A DNA stretch of 64,000 nt from Malacoraja senta (taxonomy: Eukaryota): contig CM075978.1 in the NCBI GenBank assembly GCA_038087875.1, positions 24,552,001-24,616,000 of the forward strand, read 5' to 3'. Position numbers and translations under genes: made by a program. Positions 35,671-49,190 of the stretch are shown here, piece by piece. How positions within the stretch are numbered: position 1 is the stretch's first letter; every line of letters starts with the position of its first letter. The notes under the pieces were generated by a model. That model saw nothing but the letters and a program-made list of their open reading frames with translations, had not been told where the DNA came from and did no database searches.

Positions 35671-36431
35671 GGGGTAGCAGTCGTGCCATTGGAAAGAGTG
35701 GTTTTGGTTCATCTCTCTAACATCAAAACCACCAGTTGTTGAAAGAAGCAGCCTCCTTGGTGGCCAGAAAGTTTAATGGCTGAAGAAGTTAATTAATTAA
35801 CTTTATTATTCTGGTTATATCTAATGCAGATGCTTTAAACTGCTGGGGACAGACTTAAGACTTACAAAAATCAACTTTAAATCAAAAGGAAACAAACATT
35901 TCCTATGTTGGCCTGTTCCTAAAAAATGAAGCCCAACACTGTGTGCAGCTTCAACAACTTTGAAGTTCAATGCCATCAAGTGGTGTGTAAGTTACAGAAT
36001 GGCACTTTTGCACTGGAGATTGTAGTCATTCTTGCCATTACAAAATAATAGACCTATTCCATTGAATTTTTAAAAAATGGTTTGGCTTAAAAAATATGGC
36101 TGTGGCTTTTTTCAAGCTTGCCTGCATGATAGCTTTACAGCACAGTAGACTGCATCATTTCAGGTCACCACATAGGAAGAATATGGTAACAGTGGAGATA
36201 ATGCACCAGAATGTTGCCTGGAATGGAGGTTTCAGTTATTATTGATTGGACAGACTGTGTTTATTCACACAAGAATGTAACAGGCTGAGAGTAATCTTAT
36301 AGAGGTTTTTTAAATGATGAGGGCCATAGATTTATCTATCCCAGGCAAGGAGTCTGGAACTACAGGGTGCAGATTTAAGGTGAAAGGGAAGAAATTTAAA
36401 GGAGATCTAAGGGGCAGGTTTTTCACACAGT

Positions 36432-36690
36432 TAATAATAATAATAATAAAATTTATTTATGGGCGCCTTTCAAATCTCAAGGACACCTTACAGATTTTAC
36501 AGTAGAAACATGTAAACGGAATGAAATAAATAGTAAAGACATCACAAGTACACAAATTAAAAACAGATTTCAATCCGAACACATATCCGACAGCATATTG
36601 AGGCCTCCACAGTTACCTCTACGGAGGCCCGATGTTCCTGGCTGTTCTCGCCGGGTGCAGTTGTCCCGGCGTCGGGAAAGTCCTCGCAGT
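36432..36690 (-). mobile_element. Internally deleted copy of the 23065-24049 element
   Basis: Reverse-complement matches to the tail (CTCAAGGACACCTTACAG, (ATA)n) and to 23595-23685. Confidence 0.75.
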
Positions 36691-36747
36691 TGGTCAATGT
36701 TATCTGAAATAAGCTACCAGAGGAAGTAAAGGAGGCAGATACAGTTA

Positions 36748-37134
36748 TCTATATACTATTAAAACTCTGTGTGTGTGGATGGATGTGTGTGTGGATGTGT
36801 TTATTTATTTGTGGTTGTCACATTTGGCCTTTGATTCCTTGCTCCGCCAAAACCACAAGCGAAAACTCAGCGATTTTTTCCATTTCGCTAGACATTACAC
36901 TTTTACCATACCCTAACACACTCCTTATTAGATTTAGACATTTTTATGTACACATTTTTTAATAAACCCCCCCCCCCCCACTCACTCATTTTGTCTCCTC
37001 CTGCTGGCCAGCCACCATAACGGCTGCTGCCGACCGGCTCTGCTCCAAAAACGACGCCATTTCCTTTCGCTAGCGATTTTCGCCCCGGGGTCTGAAGCAC
37101 GTTCGGGGTCCAGACCCATCTGCTCTTGGTCTAG
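36748..37134 (+). mobile_element. Short non-autonomous Helitron
   Basis: A|TCTATATACTATTAAAACTC ... CAGACCCATCTGCTCTTGGTCTAG|T; interrupts a CR1-tail remnant with no TSD. Confidence 0.85.
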
Positions 37135-37405
37135 TCATGTTTATAAGGCCTTTAGACAGGTAGGAAAGACAATGATATGGATCTAATGGAGTTAACATAG
37201 ATAGGTATGGACGAGTTGGGCAGGGAAGGCCTGTCTCGACGTTGTAACTTTTCATGATTCTATCAATATGTTGGGGTTGTTGCAGGAGATTGAAAAGGCT
37301 CTGGACTCTTATTTGGAAAAATGGTTTAGTTCTTACAAGAATAAAAACTTGGTAAAAATATTTCAACCTGGCTGGAATTTTAAGATATGGGGACAGACCT
37401 CGCCA

Positions 37406-40400
37406 ACATAGAAACATAGAAAATAGGTGAAGGAGTAGGTCATTCGGCCCTTCGAGCCTGCACCGCCATTCAATATGATCATGGCTGATCATCCAACTCG
37501 GTATCCTGTACCTGCTTTCTCTCCATACCCCCTGATCCCTTTAGCCACAAGGGCCACATCTAACTCCCTCTTAAATATAGCCAATGAACTGGCCTCAACT
37601 ACCTTCTGTGGCAGAGAATTCCAGAGATTCACCACTCTCTGTGTGAAAAATGTTTTCCTCATCTCGGTCCTAAAAGATTTCCCCCTTATCCTTAAACTGT
37701 GACCCCTTGTTCTGAACTTCCCCAACATCGGGAACAATCTTCCTGCATCTAGCGTGTCCAACCCCTTAAGAATTTTGTAAGTTTCTATAAGATCCCCCCT
37801 CAATCTTATAAATTCTAGCGAGTACAAACCGAGTCTATCCAGTCTTTCTTCATATGAAAGTCCTGACATCCCAGGAATCAGTCTGGTGAACCTTCTCTGT
37901 ACTCCCTCTATGGCAAGAATGTCTTTCCTCGGATTAAGAGACCAAAACTGTACGCAATACTCCAGGTGTGGTCTCACCAAGACCCTGTACAACTGCAGTA
38001 GAACCTCCCTGCTCCTATACTCAAATCCTTTTGCTATGAATGCTAACATACCATTCGCCTTCTTCACTGCCTGCTGTACCTGCATGCCTACTTTTAATGA
38101 CTGGTGTACCATGACACCCAGGTCTCGTTGCATCTCCCCTTTTCCTAATCGGCCACCATTCAGATAATAGTCTACTTTCCTGTTTTTTGCCACCAAAGTG
38201 GATAACCTCACATTTATCCACATTATACTGCATCTGCCATGCATTTGCCCACTCACCCAGCCTATCCAAGTCACCTTGCAGCCTCCGAGCATCCTCCTCA
38301 CAGCTAACCCTGCCCCCCAGCTTCGTGTCATCCGCATACTTGGAGATGTTGCATTCAATTCCCTCGTCCAAATCATTAATATATATCGTAAATAGCTGGG
38401 GTCCCAGCACTGAGCCTTGCAGTACCCCACTAGTCACTGCCTGCCATTCTGAAAAGGACCTTACTCCTACTCTTTGCTTCCTGTCTGCCAGCCAGTTCTC
38501 TATCCACATCAATACTGAACCCCCAATACCGTGTGCTTTAAGTTTGTATACTAATCTCTTATGTCGAAAGCCTTCTGAAAGTCCAGATATAACACGTCCA
38601 CTGGTTCTCCCTTATCCACTCTACTAGTTACATCATCGAAAAATTCTATAAGATTCGTCAGACATGATTTACCTTTCATAAATCCATGCTGACTTTGTCC
38701 AATGATTTCACCACTTTCCAAATGTGCTGCTATCCCATCTTTAATAACTGATTCTAGCAGTTTCCCCACTACTGACGTTAGACTAACTGGTCTGTAATTC
38801 CCCGTTTTCTCTCTCCCTCCCTTTTTAAAAAGTGGGGTTACATTAGCTACCCTCCAATCCTCAGGAACTACTCCAGAATCTAAAGAGTTTTGAAAAATTA
38901 TCACTAATGCATCCACTATTTCTGGGGCTTCTTCCTTAAGTACTCTTGGATGCAGCCTATCTGGCCCTGGGGATTTATCGGCCTTTAATCCATTCAATTT
39001 ACTTAACACCACTTCCCGGCTAACCTGGATATCACTCAGTTCCTCCATCTCATTTGACCCCCGGTCCCCTGCTATTTCCGGCAGATTATTTATGTCTTCC
39101 TTAGTGAAGACAGAACCAAAGTAGTTATTCAATTGGTCTGCCATGTCCTTGTTCCTCATGATCAATTCATCTGTTTCTGACTGCAAGGGACCTACATTTG
39201 TTTTAACTAATCTTTTTCTCTTCACATATCTATAAAAGCTTTTGCAGTCAGTTTTTATGTTCCCTGCCAGTTTTCTTTCATAATCTATTTTCCCTTTCCT
39301 AATTAAGCCCTTTGTCCTCCTCTGCTGGACTCTGAATTTCTCCCAGTCCTCTGGTAGGCTGCTTCATCTTTTGTTTTGATACTATCCCTGATATCCCTTG
39401 TTATCCATGGATGCACTCCCTTCCCCGATTTATTTTTTTGCCAAACTGGGATGAACAATTGTTGTAGTTCATCCATGCAGTCTTTAAATGCCTTCCATTG
39501 CATTTCTACCGTCAACCCATTAAGAATCAATTGCCAGTTTATCTTGGCCAATTCACTTCTCATACCCTCAAAGTTACCTTTCTTTAAGTTCAGGACCCTT
39601 GTTTCTGAATTAACAATGTAATTCTCCATCCTAATGAAGAACTCAACCATATTATGGTCACTCTTGCCCAAGGGGCCACGCACAACAAGACTGCTAACTA
39701 ACCCTTCCTCATTACACAATACCCAATCTAGAATAGCCTGCTCTCTCGTTGGTTCCTCTACATGTTGGTTTAAAAAACTATCCCGCATACATTCCAAGAA
39801 ATCCTCTTCCTCAGCACCCTTGCCAATTTGATTCACCCAATCTATATGTAGATTGAAGTCACCCATTATAACTGTTTTACCTTTGTTGCATGCATTTCTA
39901 ATTTCCTGTTTGATGCCATCCCCAACTCGACTACTACTGTTAGGTGGCTTGTACACAACTCCCACTAGCGTTTTCTGCCCCTTAGTGTTTCGCAGCTCTA
40001 CCCATATCGATTCCACATCCTCCAAGCTAATGTCCTTCCTTTCTATTGCGTTAATCTGCTCTCTAACCAGCAACGCTACCCCACCTCCTTTCCCTTTCTG
40101 TCTATCCCTCCTGAATATTGAATATCTCTAGATGTTCAGCTCCCAGCCTTGGTTACCCTGGAGCCATGTCTCCGTGATCCCAACTATATCATAGTCATTA
40201 ATAGCTATCTGCACATTCAACTCATCCACCTTATTACGAATGCTCCTTGCATTGAGACACAAAGCCTTCAGACTTGTTTTTACAACGCTCTTACCCCTTA
40301 TACAATTATGTTGAAAAGTGGCCCTTTTGATGTTTGCCCTGGATTTGTCTGCCTGCCACTTTTACTTTTCACCTTGCTACCTATTGCTTCTACCCTCATT

Positions 40401-41805
40401 TTACACCCCTCTGTCTCTACATTTAAGAAACCCTTTCCCTTTAACTCCATCCTCAACTATCCCATTCGACACCCCACCCCCCTTATTCAGTTTAAAACCA
40501 CCCGTGTAGCAGTGGCAAACCTGCCTGCCAGAATGCTGGTCCCCCACCTGTTAAGATGCAATCCGTCCCTTTTGTACAGTTCCCTTTTACTCCAAAACAG
40601 ATCCTAGTGATCTAAGAATCTAAATCCCTGCCCCATGCACCAGTTCCTCAGGCACACATTCAGGTCCCGTATCTCCCTGTTCCTGCTCTCGCCAGCACGA
40701 GGAACTGGAAGCAAATTGGAGATAACAACCCTGGAGGTCCTGCTTTTCAGCATTTTTCCGAGCTCTCTAAAGTCACGCAGCAGAATATTCATCCCCTTCT
40801 TTCCGACATCGTTTGTGCCGACATGCACTACCACTTCTGGCTGTTCACCTTCGCCCTTGAGGATTTTCTGCACTCTGTCCGTGACATCCTGGATCCTGGC
40901 ACCAGGAAGGTAGCACACCATCCTCAAATCCCGTCTTTTGCTGCAGAAACCCCTGTCCGTACCTCTCACAATGGAGTCTCCCACTACAATGGCGTTGCCT
41001 GAGTTTGGTCTTTTTGGTTTTGGCTCAATAGCCCTATTCGCATCGCAAGCCAGTCTGCCGCTCAGTGTTAAAACGTCTTCTGTCCCGACAGCTTCTAAGT
41101 GGGTGAACCTGTTCACAATAGGTACAACACCCGGGGACGTTTGCATTCCATGCTTCCCTCCCTTTCTCACTGTCTCCCACCTTCTCTCTTCCAGTACCTT
41201 AGGTGTAACAATCTTACTGTAGGACTTGTCGAGGAACAACTCAGTTTCTCGGACAAACCCGAGGTCATCCACTTGCTTCTCCAGTTCCCCAACACGGTCC
41301 TTCAGGAGCTGTACCTGGATGCACTTGTCACATTTGTAGCAGCCAGAGGCACCAGCAGTGTCCTTGACCTCCCACATACTGCAAGAATCACACAGAATCA
41401 GCTTGCCTGACATCTCCTTCTTTCGTCTCTCCCTCTGCAGTGTTTTGCGTAGCCTCCTCTCCTCGCCAAAGACTCTCGAGCCAAAGACTCACACTTTTCT
41501 CACAGGGCAATTCCCTCACTGCCGCTCCCTAAGAGCAGTCTTGCTTATATTGACTGATAAATTGCCTAATTTACCAATTTACAATCCAAATTCCTCAGTT
41601 TTCAACTGTTTTCCCCGCTTTGACTCACTTCTCTCCTCCCTTGGGCTAGAGCCAATCAGCGTTTTCTCTTGCTAATCTTCTCCTGCTGTTGCTTCCAAAT
41701 CTACAGCAGCTCCGAGTAAAGTCTGCCTGTGCTTTGCCTCTCCTTTTCAACTGTTTTCCCCCCTCTGACTCACTTCACTTCTCCTGCTGTTGCTTCCAAA
41801 TCTAC
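37406..41805 (-). mobile_element. Near full-length CR1 LINE: 5'UTR, ORF1 (Zn-finger/leucine zipper + SGNH esterase) and disrupted ORF2
   Basis: ORF1 41413-40604 with CxxC..CxxC, a heptad segment, IVVGDS and HVGTND, cut by a premature TAG. ORF2 EN/RT fragments. (CATAGAAA)n tail at 37406. Confidence 0.96.
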
Positions 41806-42195
41806 ACCTACATCAAAGGTTTCCAAAGGAGGCGTTTCCTCAAAAAGGCAGGCAGCATTATCTCGTTATACACTCATTTCACTCCTGCCATCGGGAAGAA
41901 GGTATAGGAATGTAAAAAACTGACCTCCAGGTTCAGGAACAGCTTCTTCCCAACAACCATCAGGCTATTGAACACTCCAAATTCCAATTAAACTTCGAAC
42001 TATGAACTGTCTTGGTTGCACTAGGCTATTTTGGGGTTTTGTTTTGTTTTGCACTAATAGTGTTTTATTTATTGGAATTCTCTTTTTGTTTGTTTATCAT
42101 GTTATCTATTGAGCACTGTATTTACAGACCTGTCATGCTGCTGCAAGTAAGAATTTCATTGTTCTATTTCAGTACATATGACAATTAAACATTTT
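41806..42195 (+). mobile_element. Rex1/Babar-like LINE 3' remnant
   Basis: LLPSGRRYR ... RFRNSFFP type C-terminal motif. Confidence 0.6.
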
Positions 42196-44283
42196 TGACG
42201 TGGTGCTACATTTTCCTCCCACATCTCAAAGACATGCAATATGTCAGGTTAACTGCCATCATAATTTACCCCTGGAGAGTAGCAACATCTAGGGAAAGCT
42301 GACGGGAATGCGGGGTGAATATGTTACAAGGAAAATTAGTGGGGAATAGGATTGCTTAACTGTCAGGGTTCTCAAGATGAGCTTCTGGTGCCATAACTGA
42401 TATTGGAGATTCCTGCAGTACTTTCTGAAAGTCATTGTCTACTTTGTACAGCATGGTGACAACAATCCAGCTATCTGATTATCCTGCTGAATGAGTTCCA
42501 ACATAGGAACTGAAATTCATGCCGATTCAGTGGTTGCTTTTTCTGGCCTCTCTTTTGTTATGATTTAACTAAATATAGAGAAAGATTGAAATGAAAAATA
42601 ATCTAGACTTTCAAATCTGCAGAAAATTGATGAATCTTTTGGAAAAATTTAAAAAAAAACTTTCAAAAGCTCAAAAGGACATGACATTGCAATAGCAGAG
42701 AGAAATGCCTGGGATAAAACCACCATCTAAATTTCATCCCAACAGTGAAAGCTAACTTTTTTGACTTGCCGAGGAAATCTCTGAAGGATCTTTGATCATC
42801 TCTGAAAGGAGCATGTCCACTAAATATACAAATATAGTAAGGAGTTTAATGTCATGTGACCTTGATCAAGTTGTATACAATATAATACCATATAATACTG
42901 TGGCTTTCAACTGGAGGAGGAACCAACAGAAAAAGAGCATCTTCAGACACTGAAGGAAGGCCTCTCTGGACATGCTGCTGGGACTCTGGGCGTCGAAGTT
43001 TGTGTGTGTATATGCACAAAATCCTGACACTGCGGACAGCTCCCAGAAATCCAGGCCACAAATAGGTGAAACTTCAAACTGTAAACTTAATTGCTAAGTT
43101 AAAATGTTATAATGCATTTTGAAATAATATTTCAATGCAGAAACACATTTATACATGAATCAATATGCAAAACCTTTCAGATAATTGCAAACATCATAAT
43201 TAATGGATTTGCATTTTTTAAATAGTAAATACGACAATGTAATTTTTAAGAAACCATTCAAAAATCCCTTACACCAAGAAACATTCCAATATTTACATTT
43301 TGATTCCAGTCTGTTCTATTAACATTTCGTTTCCTTGAATCTATTAGAACTGAGTAGAACAATTTAACTATGACTGTAGCAAGGTTCGGTACCTGTTTGA
43401 CATAACTCTATGCTTTCAGGTCCACCCTTGTAGGTTTAAGCCACAATCTTTTTATTGTTTTCTTTAATGACATTAATCTGAGGCTAATTTTAGTGATTTG
43501 TGTAATTGTATCTTTAGATCTATTTTGCTTCTCACGGGCAACTCATTCGCCCATCCTTTCAAAAAACTTTCCAGTTGCATCCTGGTAATCCCCCTGTTCT
43601 GGTAATAACAGTAACACTAACAACGGGAAATAAATCCTGTTCAGTGCATTAGAATTAGACCAAGATCCTTGTTTCTAAAGGGAATTGAATATTTGAAATT
43701 AAAACATTTGCAAGTCTTGGGGAAAGAGTGCGGAAATAGCAGACAGACAATTGAATTATTTTTCACAGAGCTGACACAGGCAGTCTGGATTGAATGGCCT
43801 TTATTACTACATTATTCAGTTTCATGTTGAGTGAGATACATTGCAATGTGGCATTTGTTCACAAATTTTTATTCTTCCATTCTAATTATTTTGGTATTAT
43901 CTTTAGATAGTCTTTTTAGAAAACTTTAGACTTTCAATTGATTCAAAAGTTAGTAATAGTGTATTTTAATGCAAAGTATATTTGCTATAAAATGTATATA
44001 ACTTTGTATGTAACCAAACCTTAACCACTGCTATGGATCTCATTTTAAGTTATCTCCTTGCATATCTTTGATACTCCTTTTTAACAGGAAAGCTATCTTC
44101 ACAGCATGCATGAAATTGAAGTGTCCTGGCTCAGTGCCTTGTAGTGATTTTTTGTTGTTGGCAGTATTATACTAAAAAGAAATATTGAAGATCTTATGAC
44201 TGTCTAGAATCCAGAAGGTGATGCTTGTGGGAATTTTCTTAAGAGAACAACTTTTTATGCACCTGCAGTTTTTTGATGATATA

Positions 44284-45862
44284 CAGTGGCTTGCAAAAGT
44301 TTTCATACCCCTTGAACTTTTCCACATTTTGTCATGTTACAACCACAAACGTAAATGTATTTTATTGGGATTTTATATGATAGACCAACACAAAGTGGTG
44401 CATAATTGTGAAGTGGAAAATGATACATGGTTACAAATAAAAAACTGAAAAGTGTCGCATACAAAAGTATTCAGCACCCCTGAGTCAATACTTTGTAGAA
44501 CCACCTTTCGCTGCAATTACAGCTGCAAGTATTTTGGGGTATGTCTCTACCAGCTTTGCACATCTAGAGACTGACATTTTTGCCCATTCTTCTTTGCAAG
44601 GTAGCTCAAGCTCAGTCAGATTGGATGGAGAGCGTCTGTGAACAGCAATTTTCAAGTCTTGCCAGAGATTCTCAATTGGATTTAGGTCTGGACTTTGACT
44701 GGGCCATTCTAACACATGAATATGCTTTGATCTAAACCATTCCATTGTAGCTCTGGCTGTATGTTTAGGGTCGTTGTCCTGCTGGAAGGTGAACCTCCGC
44801 CCCAGTCTCAAGTCTTTTGCAGACTCTAACAGGTTTTCTTCCAAGATTGCCCTGTATTTGGCTCCATCCATCTTCCCATCAACTCTGACCAGCTTCCCTG
44901 TTCCTGCTGAAGAAAAGCATCCCCACAGCATGATGCTGCCACCACCATGTTTCACAGTGGGGATGGTGTGTTCAGGATGATGTGCAGTGTTAGGTTTCCA
45001 CCACACATAGCGTTTTGCATTTAGGCCAAAAACTTCAATTTTGGTCTCATCTGACCAGAGCACCTTCCTCCACATGTTTGCTGTGTCCCCCACATGGCTT
45101 GTGGCAAACTGCAAACGGGACTTCTTATGGCTTTTTTTCAACAATGGCTTTCTTCTTGCCACTCTTCCATAAAGGCCCGATTTGTGGAGTGCACGACTAA
45201 TAGTTGTCCTGTGGACAGATTCTCCCACCTGAGCTGTGGATCTCTGCAGCTCCTCCAGAGTTACCATGGGCCTCTTGGCTGCTTCTCTGAACAATGCTCT
45301 CCTTGCCCGGCCTGTCAGTTTAGATGGACGGCCATGTCTTGGTAGGTTTGCAGTTGTGCCATACACTTTCCATTTTCGGATGATGGATTGAACAGTGCTC
45401 CGTGAGATGTTCAAAGCTTGGGATATTTTATTATAACCTAACCCTGCTTTAAACTTCTCCACAACTTTATCCCTGACCTGTCTGGTGTGTTCCTTGGGCT
45501 TCATGATGCTGTTTGTTCACTAATGTTCTCTAACAAACCTCTGAGGCCTTCACAGAACAGCTGTATTTATACTGAGATTAGATTACATACAAGTGGACTC
45601 TATTTACTAATTAGGTGCACTGGATTTTATTTAGGGGTATCAGAGTAAAGGGGGCTGAATACTTTTGCACGCGACACTTTTCAGTTTTTTATTTGTAAAA
45701 AAAATTGAAAACCATGTATCATTTTCCTTCCACTTCACAATTATGCGCCACTTTGTGTTGGTCTATCACATAAAATCCCCAAAAAATACATTTACGTTTG
45801 TGGTTGTAACGTGACAAAATGTGGAAAAGTTCAAGGGGTATGAATACTTTTGCAAGCCACTG
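44284..45862 (-). mobile_element. Tc1/mariner (Passport-like) element
   Basis: TA TSDs and long TIRs; same family as 15485-17087, in opposite orientation. Confidence 0.97.
44485..45504 (-). CDS. Intact 339-aa Tc1 DD34E transposase
   Basis: Uninterrupted ORF with a paired-like [23 protein letters not shown] and SPDLNPIE; 34 residues between the second D and E. Confidence 0.95.
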   Translation of the reverse strand: MKPKEHTRQVRDKVVEKFKAGLGYNKISQALNISRSTVQSIIRKWKVYGTTANLPRHGRPSKLTGRARRALFREAAKRPMVTLEELQRSTAQVGESVHRTTISRALHKSGLYGRVARRKPLLKKSHKKSRLQFATSHVGDTANMWRKVLWSDETKIEVFGLNAKRYVWWKPNTAHHPEHTIPTVKHGGGSIMLWGCFSSAGTGKLVRVDGKMDGAKYRAILEENLLESAKDLRLGRRFTFQQDNDPKHTARATMEWFRSKHIHVLEWPSQSPDLNPIENLWQDLKIAVHRRSPSNLTELELPCKEEWAKMSVSRCAKLVETYPKILAAVIAAKGGSTKY

Positions 45863-46426
45863 TATGTATTGTTGATTGGCAATATTGCTCCTTTAGTATC
45901 AAGCATGCTTACTGAATGCTTCTGAAGAAGGGCCCCAAACCAAAAAGTCACCTATCCTTTTTCTCCAGAGATGCTGTCTGACCTGCTGAGTTATTCCAGC
46001 ACTTTGTGTCTATATTTACTGCTCTCTCTGACCCAGAACCTCTTAATGTTTGTTGCTGGTGCGTTGACACTAGCCAAAGAGGCAACACATGCAAATTCAC
46101 TGATGCTGATGCAAGAGTGTACATGAAAAGTCTCAGTGGACTATTTTACTGATTTAAAATTAAATTGATCTGTCATATTAAATTGATAATTTCCGAAGAG
46201 TGCAAACAGTTGTGTGAATTCCCACCTCATTAGAATTCTCGTGTTGCTTGCCAGTGGATAATTTACTTGACTGGAGTCCCTTGCTGTTTGAGGGAAAAGA
46301 TTTGCTGCTTTATTATGCATGCAGCTATTGTAACATTTGAAACAGATGTGTTTCTCCCCTACTCCACAACTTTCCAGGTAGCAAGGAAATTTGTGGTAAA
46401 ACTCTTCATTGATCCTTATTATAGAT

Positions 46427-47205
46427 AAATAGAAAATAGGTGCAGGAGTAGGCCATTCGGCCCTTCGAGCCTGCACCGCCATTCAATATGATCATGGCTG
46501 TTCATCCAACTCAGTATCCCGTACCTGCCTTCTCTCCATACCCCCTGATCCCATTAGCCACAAGGGCCACATCTAACTCCCTCTTAAATATAGCCAATGA
46601 ACTGGCCTCAACTACCCTCTGTGGCAGAGAGTTCCAGAGATTCACCACTCTCTGTGTGAAAAAGTTTTTTCTCATCTCGGTCTTAAAGGATTTCCCCTTT
46701 ATCCTTAAGCTGTGACCCCTTGTCCTGAACTTCCCCAACATCGGGAACAATCTTCCTGCATCTAGCCTGTCCAACCCCATAAGAATTTTGTACGTTTCTA
46801 TAAGATCCCCTCTCAATCTCCTCAATTCTAGCGAGTATAAGCCAAGCCTATCCAGTCTTTCTTCATATGAAAGTCCTGACATCCCAGGAATCAGTCTGGT
46901 GAACCTTCTCTGCACTCCCTCTATGGCTATAATGTCCTTCCTCAGATTTGGAGACCAAAACTGTACGCAATACTCCAGGTGTGGTCTCACCAAGACACTG
47001 TACAACTGCAGTAGAACCTCCCTGCTCCTATACTCAAATCCTTTTGCTATGAAAGCTAACATACCATTCGCTTTCTTCACTGCCTGCTGCACCTGCATGC
47101 CTACTTTCAATGACTGGTGTACCATGACACCCAGGTCTCGCTGCATCTCCCCTTTTCCTAATCGGCCACCATTTAGATAATAGTCTGCTTTCCTGTTTTT
47201 GCTTC
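46427..47205 (-). mobile_element. CR1 3' fragment
   Basis: 232-aa open RT C-terminal segment nearly identical to the other CR1 copies. Confidence 0.92.
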
Positions 47206-47339
47206 TCAATTATACTTCTCAAATAAAATGACTGCAGAGGTTGTTATCAATCATACTGCAAAATGATGTTATAAATCCTCTGGGTTGTACCTACCTGTTA
47301 CATACCAAAATGTTGTATGTACCAGCACTGGGTAAATCA

Positions 47340-48168
47340 AGTCTTGGGAGGGTAGAGAGTGAGAGGGAGTGGGTAGAGAGGGAGGGGGGGGGGGAGGGAG
47401 AGAGGGTAGAGTGGGGGGCGGGGGGAGTGGGGTATAGTCAGGGGAGGGGGGGTTAGAGAGGGTGGGTGTGAGGGTAGATAGGGAGAGGGCATCTCCCTCC
47501 TCCACCCCTCCCCATCTCCCTCCTCCACCCCTCATCTCCCTTCTCCACACCCCCCCCCCAATCTCCCTCCTCAATTCCCTCATCCTCCTCCCCTCACTCC
47601 CATTCCCTGCCCCAGTACCTACCCAGGTCGTAGAACTGGAACCCAGCCTGGTTCTCGTACTCGGCCCGGCCTGGCTGTAGACTCCAGCCGTCAGCTCGGC
47701 CGCCGCCTGGGCTCCAGTGGGCTCGTCCCGGACCCAGGTTCTTCCTTCGTTCCAGCGGCGGCTTTTTCCGCCCCGGTCACGGCCCCATCACAAGCCCTGG
47801 GCTCGGCTCTCAGTCCAGCTCCAGCACCACCCTCCCCGTCGGGTGCCAGCAGCGGCCGCCACATGAGTGCGCTGGAGTGCCCCTCCCTCCCGAGTGTTCC
47901 GTCCTGCCTTGCGAGTGCATTGTGACGTCACTCTGTTTTTACGAGATGGGTGAGTTTTCGGGCTGTTTTTAAAACTTTAAACGATTAATAACTTCGGAAA
48001 TATAGGAGGGAATGCGACGGGAAGATGTTTATCGCCTCGACGGGAAAAATGTGAGTAGGGTTTGTGAAACTGGGAAGGCTGTGGCCTAGCATTTGGAAGA
48101 AAATAGGAATTAACAAGATATTCACACGCGCACACACACACACACACGACTTTTAGTATTATAGAGAT
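47340..48168 (-). mobile_element. Helitron-family copy with a deleted SAC3D1-like cargo (47581-47720); left boundary approximate
   Basis: 47581-47720 aligns with 5425-5530 and 5720-5757; terminus GACTTTTAGTATTATAGA resembles the other family members. Confidence 0.7.
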
Positions 48169-48465
48169 AGATACAGCGCAGAAACAGGCCCTTCGGCCCA
48201 CCGGGTCCGCACCGACCAGCGATCCCTGCAAGTTAACACTATCCTCCACACGTTAGGGATAATTTTTACATTTACCAAGCCAATTAGCCTACAAACCTGC
48301 ACGTCTTTGGAACCGAAGATCTTGGCGGGGACAAAATCCACGCAGGTCATGAGGAGAACGTACAAACTCCGTACAGATGGCACCCGTAGTCGGAATCGAA
48401 CCCAGGTCTCTGGTGCTGCAAGCGTTGTAAAGCAACAACTCTACCGCTGCGCCACCGTGCCACCC
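48162..48465 (-). mobile_element. tRNA-derived SINE (HE1/V-SINE-like) with CR1-type tail
   Basis: A box TGGCGCAGCGG, B box GGTTCGATTCC, tail GGCCGAAGGGCCTGTTTCTGCGCTGTATCTATCTCTA. A related fragment lies at 21945-22095. Confidence 0.85.
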
Positions 48466-49190
48466 TCTACTTTACTTTATTTATTCCCAACAGCTTTTTA
48501 AACTACTCACTGTTGCTGCTCCACCTCCGGGGCTTGAAACTAGCTCAGCCCTTCTCGCCGAAGTCTTTTGAGCTAAAGCCTCAGTTTTGCACTTGGCACT
48601 TTTGCACAAGGCATTTATCCTCAACACAACCTCTCTCCCAACACAGTCACTCCCAACAAGCCGTTCCATGAAATCTTCCTTTCCTTTTAGTGACTGCTGG
48701 GTCCCTGCCTCAGCCAATCAAATGCTTGTTTCTTTAAATGTCCCGCCCATTCAATCAAAAAATAAATGGTTCTCTATTTTCTTGCCATTTTATCAAAATT
48801 GGTTACTCCACTCAAAATGGCTGCTCACCCTCTCTCTGCTCAACCTTTAAACAAAAGAAATGAGTAAAATCAAGTAACGTTTTTGTGTAAAGTGAATGTA
48901 CTGGAAAAGTACAGTACGGTTTAGGGCTTTTAGATCTGTATAGATTTAAAACTCTATCGTCCTTGACCAGTTTATGGGAGTTTTTTAATACATTTGCAGC
49001 ACATTTTAGTGAATATGCTTTGCCCCATTTATCTTACAACATGCCATATAAATGTGTTTTGCTTTTGATCATGATATGGATTTAGAATTATAATGTTTAT
49101 GGCAGTTTACTGCTGTGACAACACCCACACTGCTGTAAGTCAGTGGTAAGTTCACAACATTATTTTTGTTATTTACATACTGTTTTACAG

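Noticed and set aside
48380-48465. tRNA gene
   Set aside because: The A/B boxes belong to a SINE head; there is no complete cloverleaf.
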